The translations under genes were made by a program, and so were the position numbers. Positions 55,409 to 64,000 of a stretch of 64,000 nt of DNA are shown in pieces (the stretch's first letter is position 1; every line of letters begins with the position of its first letter). This DNA comes from Asterias rubens (taxonomy: Eukaryota), in assembly GCF_902459465.1 (NCBI RefSeq), contig NC_047065.1, positions 868,001 to 932,000 on the forward strand, read 5' to 3'. The notes beneath the pieces were generated by a model. That model was not told the origin of the DNA. It saw nothing but the letters and a program-made list of their open reading frames with translations, and ran no database searches.

Positions 55409-58400
55409 CATATTTCACTGACTGACAATGGAAGGCTGGCTCTACAAAGCTTTCTGCATTCACGCTATAAAGACAACGTTGAGAAAACCTTTGGAGTCAA
55501 ATCAATCAATTCATTGAGACATAACTACCTATTTCATTTTTCTTCTCCAACAAGAAAAACAATTGCTGTAGAAAACTATGGGTGTCATAGCCGAGCAGTT
55601 TAGAGCAACAAATTCAAATTCTTGTGGTTTAGTCATCCCGGTGTGGGACTTTACTATATTTGCTTCTCTTCATCCAAGGGTATAAATGGGTACCTGCGAG
55701 GGTAGAGGTTGGTATTTTGTTTGAAAGGCCTTCTGAGGGTCACGGCAGCTCGGGTTTTATACTCCCCAGGGAGGTGATGTTATGGGCCCAATGACCAGGA
55801 CACTAATGTAAAGTGCATTGATACATTATTGTAAAATGAGTTATATAAGAAGTAATTGTTAATTAAATTAATTAATCAATTAAGAAATATGACAGGAGGG
55901 AGTGTCAGCGAAAAGATTTTGGGATAAAACAAACTAGGAAAATTCAGTGGATTTACCTGAATTCTGGGCATATCACTGGCACCAAGAAATGTTTGGTAAT
56001 CTCCAAGGCACCAACCAAAACTGACATGAAACGACGGTTTCTAAAAATGAAAAAGAAAACTGAATTAGGCCCAGCTCTTGGAGCACCTATACAGCAATCT
56101 ACTGGTCTAAGGTTCAAGCTCACCCTTCAACAATTTTAAAAGTTACTAAAAATTTAGCCCAATTCATCTTGAATACCACATGGGCAAAAAAGTCACATTG
56201 TACGCAAAACTCTGAAAACAGCAGCCACAGCCAGTAACACCAGGGTGAACCCCTTCTCTTTTCGATAAGTGCCCTGGGTTCTTTTAAATGCGTTACACAA
56301 CACATGGGACCAACGGCTTTGCGTCCCATCCGAAGGACGAAGCAATGATTAAGCTTGCTCAAGGGCACACAAGTGTCACGGCTGGGGATCCAAACCCACA
56401 CTCTGCTGATCAGAAACACCAGAGTTTGAATTCGGTGCTCTTATTCGCTTGGCCGCGACACTTCCAACATATAAACCAATTTAACAGAAGTATCACAAGT
56501 GCCAATAATATACAGTGAAGAGAAGTTTTCAATGTTTTTTTGTACCTCATAGTAAACAGGAAGAGAGAATTCTTGCAAGCAGACATCAATTATCTTCACT
56601 AGATTCAACATCTCTTGGTGTCCATGGTTGGCTTTCAAACCAATAAACGACCTATATTTTGCAAGGAAATGAAAATGGACTTAATAAGAATAATTAAGTA
56701 ACTTTGCGAAAGATAAACTAATCGGTTTAAGTCTCACCTGTAACACCCATAAATAAAATCATCAAGTTCTTTTCAGAATACAGCACTGTCTTCAACTAAC
56801 CCCTTGCATCGTAGTTTGTCATTCTCATTGAGAATCAAATCGCATGTAAGAAGTCTGCTCCGTATCGACTGAATGAATGAAACTGGCATTTGGCCAGGGG
56901 ACCACTGTTAAGGGAGAAGGCTAACTTACATAACATATCCCTCACAGAAGTGCCCCTTTGAATAGGTGTACCCCTTCAAACAAAAAATTTAACACTAACC
57001 TGGTCTTCTCGTCATTAGCGTAAAACTCAATGTTGTCGAAGCAGTAGGTGAACCCTCCAAAGGAAGCCAGTCGCTGGCGTATTGAATCAACAAACGGGTC
57101 AATCCATTGATACTGGAGGGTCACTGTCCTCGATAAACTAATATGGAGGTCAGGCACTGGCTCCATGTCAACACTAGAGGGCATCATGCTGAGAAGATCC
57201 TCCATGATGATTTTGAGTTGTTCTGTTAGTTCAACTGTAACATAAAGACAAACTGTATGGAATAAGTGTGCTTCTCTATAGATGGTTTGCACATGATGTC
57301 ATTGACCATCATCTTTGATGTAAAACAATGAAAAAAATGCAAATAAGTTCGCGCTGTACACGGCTCTCAACCAATGGTAGACTTTCAGGCGTGACGTTTC
57401 ATCATAGATGACGGCCAATGCAATGGGTCTATTGTCTTTATTTCTTCTGACCATATCCTCCTCCAAAGACAAGTCCCCTCCCCTACCACCCTACCTTAGT
57501 GTTCTCACCAGAATGAAACAGGTAGTAAGTTCACAACAAACTCACCCCCTTTACTCTCACCACACACTAATGTAGCACTGAGCTTCTTCAGCCCCAACAC
57601 ACACACACTCTTGTGCCATGGGAGCCCATAAGGGCAATGACTCATAGGGCAACCTACATGCAACCAGTTCCAGGCAATCTCCAATTATTCCAAGGAAAAA
57701 TCACGCAGTCAGGTAGGAACTGAAAACCCAATCCACATAGTGCCCCTGCCATGGTTCGAACCAAGGTCCGAGAGGTGTCAGGAAGGTAACCCAACAACCT
57801 GGTGGAAATGACATCAGGTTGGCTCAGTGGTTTCTTTACCTGTCTTTCATTACTGTAGACCCTGGTTTGAATCCCATCTCAGACCAGAGCCTTGCATGCC
57901 AATTGGGCTTTTAGTCTCTACCTGATTGGGTAGAGTTTTCCTCCCACATTTAAAACTGAACGTTTCTTCTCGTTTCCCATTCATCCCGTTATTGGCACTA
58001 ATTGTGCTATTTTGTAATCAAATTTAATTGTTTTCTTCATAAGATAACTTTTTTGCATACCTGGGATGTACACCAATGTAGCCCAATTACCAGCGACATG
58101 CTCAAATGACCTGATTCGGCCACCATGCGAGCTGGCATTGCTGTTGCCTTCAGCGACATGAGATGACGTATCAAACATACCAAGTATTTCAGATGGTACT
58201 GAAGGTAAAGCTGGTCTGTAACATGAAAAATATTCACAAAATATGATTTCAAATCAAAAATTGCATCCACTTGCTGCCGCTTGCCAGTTTGTATTGTAAA
58301 CTTGGGTGTGAGTCTTTGCTATACAGCAATTAAAGTCACCTGGAAATAGATTTTTTTTCTTTCAAACATAAGAGTATATGCTTACGAACAATAAAACAAT

Positions 58401-59846
58401 TTTTTTAGTAATTGTTTGTCACGATTTATATGTTAAAAAAATATATAAAGTTGTTTGGGGGGCTGACTCCGCCTACCCCTTTTGTGACGTCAATCGAGGC
58501 AGACTTTGCCTGCAATGCGTATAGTAAACACACGTGCAAAGTACATGTACGTCCAAGTCGTGAGTTGGTACATTTCAAAAAGTGTTTTTCTGCATTCAGC
58601 AGCAATACACCTGGTCGGCATTGCCGGAAAAAAACAAATTTTTTTTTTTTGAAACGTACAAACTCACGACTTGGTCCGTACATGTACTTTGCAATTGGGT
58701 TTACTCTACGCATTACAGGCAAAGTCTGCCTCGATTGATGTCACGAACAGCGCCCTCTCGGGTCAGGGTCTACTCTTAAATTTGTAAATAACATAAGAAC
58801 TGATTTTTTAAAACCTTAGTTAACTGTTTATTCACATTCCACTCATCAAAACACATATATTAGTGACAAAAGCTTTATTTTGAAAAAATACCACTTCCAG
58901 GTGACTTTAAGGGTTTTATGGCTTTTGACTGGCACACCCCAATCAAAGATACTACAAAAAATAGGGAGACCCCCACCGACATAAGATCAAGATCAGTTGA
59001 TGGCGTGCTGGCACCTTCAAATCCAACAGTCTCCCTATTAACATTTTTACTGCAACAATCATATTCCAAAGTGGTGAAAATTTAGTACAAACCTTTTCCC
59101 GTCTTTCTGGTCTTGAACAGCATTCTCACTTTTAGAATGATCTATAAAATAAAACAAAAACACAAATATATCATCACTGATGATAAGTTGCAAGAGAGCT
59201 TTTTAAAAATTTCATTTTGTTTCTTCTAAAAATGACTCAGAAATGTTGTCTTGTGAAAATCACCCTTGAAGTAGGAGACTTATTTTACATACTTCTGTTA
59301 TGGAGACTGCTTTAACTGATTTCTTATATCCAACAGAACCATGTTTATAATTAACCAACAAACCAATGAGTTATTAATTTTAACTAACTCAATGAAACAT
59401 TTCATTCATTCCTTTTCTTCCTGACTGTCATTTCGCTAAAAACACTGTCTTGTAATTTTAGGTCTTCTGAAGAAGACTCTTCTCTACCAACAAACCAAGT
59501 CTATACTATTGTCAAACCTTTACCACTTTGGGCATTTAGTCAACTAAGGTCAATTAATTTGGGTTTCCAAGCAATTTGCAAATACAATAACCTTTTTCTA
59601 TTAAGAAGAATGCATCACTTTGTGAGGAAAAAACAAAATTAGTGGAATGTTTTTTTTTTTACTTAAGCATTTATAAATTTAACAAACTTTATTAAACAGA
59701 GTACTTAATAAAACATTTTGAATCATTGAGTATATATAAATAATGTTAATGACAGTTAAATCCTTACTGTCGACATCGTCCAAGTTCAGTTCTTCAGATT
59801 CGCTTGAGCTACTCTCATAACCTTGAAGAGCCTGTAGAGCCGACAT
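55357..59846 (-). CDS. USB1: U6 snRNA phosphodiesterase 1 (271 aa)
   Basis: Exons 59846-59768, 59141-59093, 58215-58061, 57234-57000, 56651-56546, 56040-55957 and 55464-55357 total 816 nt in frame. The protein has HGGRIRSFEHVAGNWATLVYIP, two HxS catalytic motifs (LHISLS, FHVSFG) and the C-terminus WCKVGCKQFRIPL. A probable non-coding first exon ends at a donor near 60697. Confidence 0.96.
55586..55850 (+). mobile_element. tRNA-derived SINE with CORE-like domain
   Basis: Head catagccgagcagtttagagc, core gcttctcttcatccaagggtataaatgggtacc, and an L2-like tail tgtaaagtgcattga...ttatataagaa. Confidence 0.6.
58334..58906. mobile_element. TTAA-flanked (Kolobok-like) foldback MITE in USB1 intron
   Basis: TTAA|agtcacctggaa ... 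ttccaggtgact|TTAA, with a long internal inverted repeat at about 58480-58748. Confidence 0.85.
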
Positions 59847-62718
59847 TGTTTGCGGTAGTTGGTGTCATGAAGAATGAATGGTCTACTCTAGAATTAAAAA
59901 TAAAACAAAACTCACTATTTGTCAGTTGTCACACTCACAGAACTATTTTTTCCTTACTAAATATCATCATAACTGCAATTAATACGACAAAAATGTCGTA
60001 CTAAAATAATTAGAGTAGAGTGTGTAGTAGTTGCGATAACGTAACCCTCCTGCCGCCAGCACACACACTTCATAACAATCCGTTTTCCCCCATTTCAGAC
60101 CAGTAATGTTTGGTTTCAGGAGATAAGAAACCAATCTATGATATTTTCTCTTTAATGTAGACTTAATTATTACGCTTATCGGAATTTATTACAGTATGCA
60201 GTAAATCAAAAAACTTGTTGTTGTTGTCATTTTCACTTAAAATATTTTAATATTTTCCCAACATTTGCACACCGTAGAATCCCAAACAGTAACCACCTCA
60301 CGTGATCCATCTAGTGACTAAAACAGAATGAAACTCAATCTAGCAGATAGTAATTTTGTTTTGAACTTTCGAGGTTGGATGATGTTTCTTTGACTCATTT
60401 GAATGTTGGCATAAAGCCATAATAATGCACTAGTGATTAGTACCAAAAATCAATCATTTTATAAATGTTTGAGCATAACCAACGACAGGAATCTTTATTC
60501 TCAGCATGATTAAGCCTGATGAAAATACAGACCGTGAGTAAACTGCATAGCTTTTGTCACCGGTGCAGCTTGCACAATCTCGCGGTAAACGGGAATCAAA
60601 GTTGGGGACCGAAAACATATGACTTTTATGAGGGTCGATAACGTATGACGCTACGATATGATTTATTTTGTTCCATGGCGTTATATCCTGACTTACGGAC
60701 ATTGCCGAGTATCACGTAGAAGTAGAAGTAGAAGAAGTATAGTATACCTTTCTAACAATGTTGACGCTCCCAAACTTTCTACGAACTGTTCATCAGTGAA
60801 CAAGCAAATTTTTAGCAGACGATAATTTTGTGGCGCTGTTGCTTTTTACTTGCTTTTTACTTGCTAGCCACGTTCAATATTTATTTTATTATTACAACAT
60901 TTAAATAATATTTTTAATGTATTGATTGCATTTAGAAGGTTTTGAAAATAAGTATGATACGGTCAAATATTTTTAAAAGAAGTACATACTCATTTAAATA
61001 GTTTTTTTGACGAATTTTGAGACGAGAAAGTAGAAAAAAAACTCGTGCCAAAAAAAGGTAGTGCGACCTCTGTTGTTCCAAAATTCGGTCGCGTACAAAA
61101 CGGTGGTGCGACCTCTGTCGTTCATTTTAATCCATTATTTCCACCCTGGGCCGCAGAATGGATGGGGCGCGCTGCTGATGCCGCAGACATGAATCGAAAG
61201 TGGCTGCCATTATTGAAATTAGATTACATTATTCGTATCAGCGCTCAGATCAGCTGACCTAATTTGGGCACCTAGGGTTCATGGTCATATTTCAACCGCT
61301 GCCTGCAGCAAGCAGAGTATAACACTTCATGCATGCCATTGAGTGCAATGCAGATTGTGCATTACGGTGGCTTTAGGAAGGATGGCTTTTGATGAGAGCA
61401 GAAATTATTTCGATGAGAAGATACATTTTTAACTGCAAATTGCAAGGCGGGAACAATGCAGAAAAAAATTAAGATGATTATAAAAGCCCATAGCATGCTG
61501 GCGAAGAAACGAAGGTTTCCAAATGTCTTATTCAAATTGTCTGCTGTCTAAGAAAACACATTCGACAGCCGGGTTTTCTTGCCAATGGACATTATTTTTC
61601 ATGAAGACATTAACACTAAAACAGGCATTTTAGCAACAACAAAAATAATATTGTTTTTCACTCATGATGAGCGTTCGCGGCCGACGGGCCAGCCTTTTAT
61701 TGTACTATTATCTGCCAACGAAAAGGAAGGCTTATTAACATTTAAAGAACAAAAATCTTCTGACTATTCATAAAACTACAACCATGACGTTTCGCAAAAC
61801 TGTATTCTCTCTCAATCCAATCTATCTTGAATAACAATCGTTCTTTGATAAAAAAAATGATTTATGCTGTTCTTTGTCCGCCCACATGTACTTTCTCATG
61901 GTCGGCTGCACTCCGTTTGCAAAGTGATGGTTTCATTTCTTCCTCCATTGGTTACAACCATTACTATTTTTGAGTGATGTTTTTTCTCTATACAAAATAG
62001 AAACAGAACCAGTGCCAACAACGTTTTTTATGACCAAAATGTTGCAAGTACTGTGCTGCAAGCACGGATATTTTGTAGAAAACTATAGAACAATGAGGGA
62101 GATTATTTAGAATATTAGGCCTACGTTCAGGGAAGAGTTTCCATAACCTGGGAGATTTTCATATTCATCCAAACGCTCGGCAGATAAGCTTCAAAACATG
62201 AAAACACACATAAAAACGAGGGGAATATGTTCGCGAAAATGGATGTCACTATATTTTTCTGACATTTTTTTTGGATCGGGCTTCATGTCCTGTTCCACCG
62301 GAACCTTTGTATACATTCCCAGCTTCAAGTGATTACACAAATGATGTAACATTACGTAACATCTAACATTTTTCACACCAAGCGAAATCGCATGCACTGA
62401 TCGTTTGTGAATGGGCTCACGCTAATTAATAATAATGTAATATTAGACTATAGGATTACAAAGCTGTGTGTGGTGTTCATAGAACCATACGGCGGCTTAC
62501 ACATTACAATGGAAAGGTCGCCTCATGCAAACCCCATACCATGATGTCACTATACGTATAGACCAAAAAAATGCGCATTGCGCATTTTGCCATAGGGACG
62601 TGCAGTAACCGTGAACATTTTAATTCGCCTTGTTCACTCCTTTCCATCGAATCCACGGTAACAAACCGTCATCAAACTTGCTACATTCCTCCCCCGTGAA
62701 ACAAGCACAAATTAAACC

Positions 62719-64000
<1,282 letters not shown>

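Noticed and set aside
57390-57420. Other GAAACGTC words (57393 minus, 61786 minus, 31851, 44325) as additional hammerheads
   Set aside because: None has an upstream CUGANGA or UUGANAA core with a pairable stem II.
58334-58345. Apparent strong USB1 acceptor (ttccag|GTGACT on the minus strand)
   Set aside because: It is the MITE terminal repeat and gives an immediate stop in the required phase. The acceptor at 58216-58217 keeps the frame.

Overview
AT-rich, intron-containing eukaryotic DNA from an invertebrate deuterostome, most likely an echinoderm such as a sea star. That assignment is inferred from gene sequences, repeat families and Deu-domain SINEs. I spliced seven gene models by hand with consistent reading frames: the 3' end of CNEP1R1 (+, with a U12-type intron), MED10 (-, 132 aa), a ~1724-aa low-complexity protein with C-terminal C2H2 fingers (-), HSF1 (+, 516 aa), an NPC1-family sterol transporter carrying NPC1L1-diagnostic residues (+, 20 coding exons, 1374 aa), USB1 (-, 271 aa) and the 5' part of a calmodulin with an unusual N-terminus (+). 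Introns and intergenic DNA are dense with TTAA-flanked (Kolobok-like) and other MITEs, tRNA-derived SINEs and an RTE-like LINE fragment. Three observations stand out. (1) There is a single-exon, signal-peptide, six-cysteine cationic ORF with a beta/big-defensin-like C-x6-C...CC frame, antisense just past the HSF1 stop, with a kB-like site upstream. (2) Two families of short tandem repeats carry minimal type I hammerhead ribozyme cores (Penelope/retrozyme-like); one copy has the compensatory U3-A8 pair and an apparently intact core, and most copies lie sense within NPC1L1-like introns. (3) The apparent invertebrate NPC1L1 orthologue has an NPxY/YxxPhi tail instead of the NPC1 dileucine. All comparisons with human or other reference sequences are from memory and need alignment to confirm.
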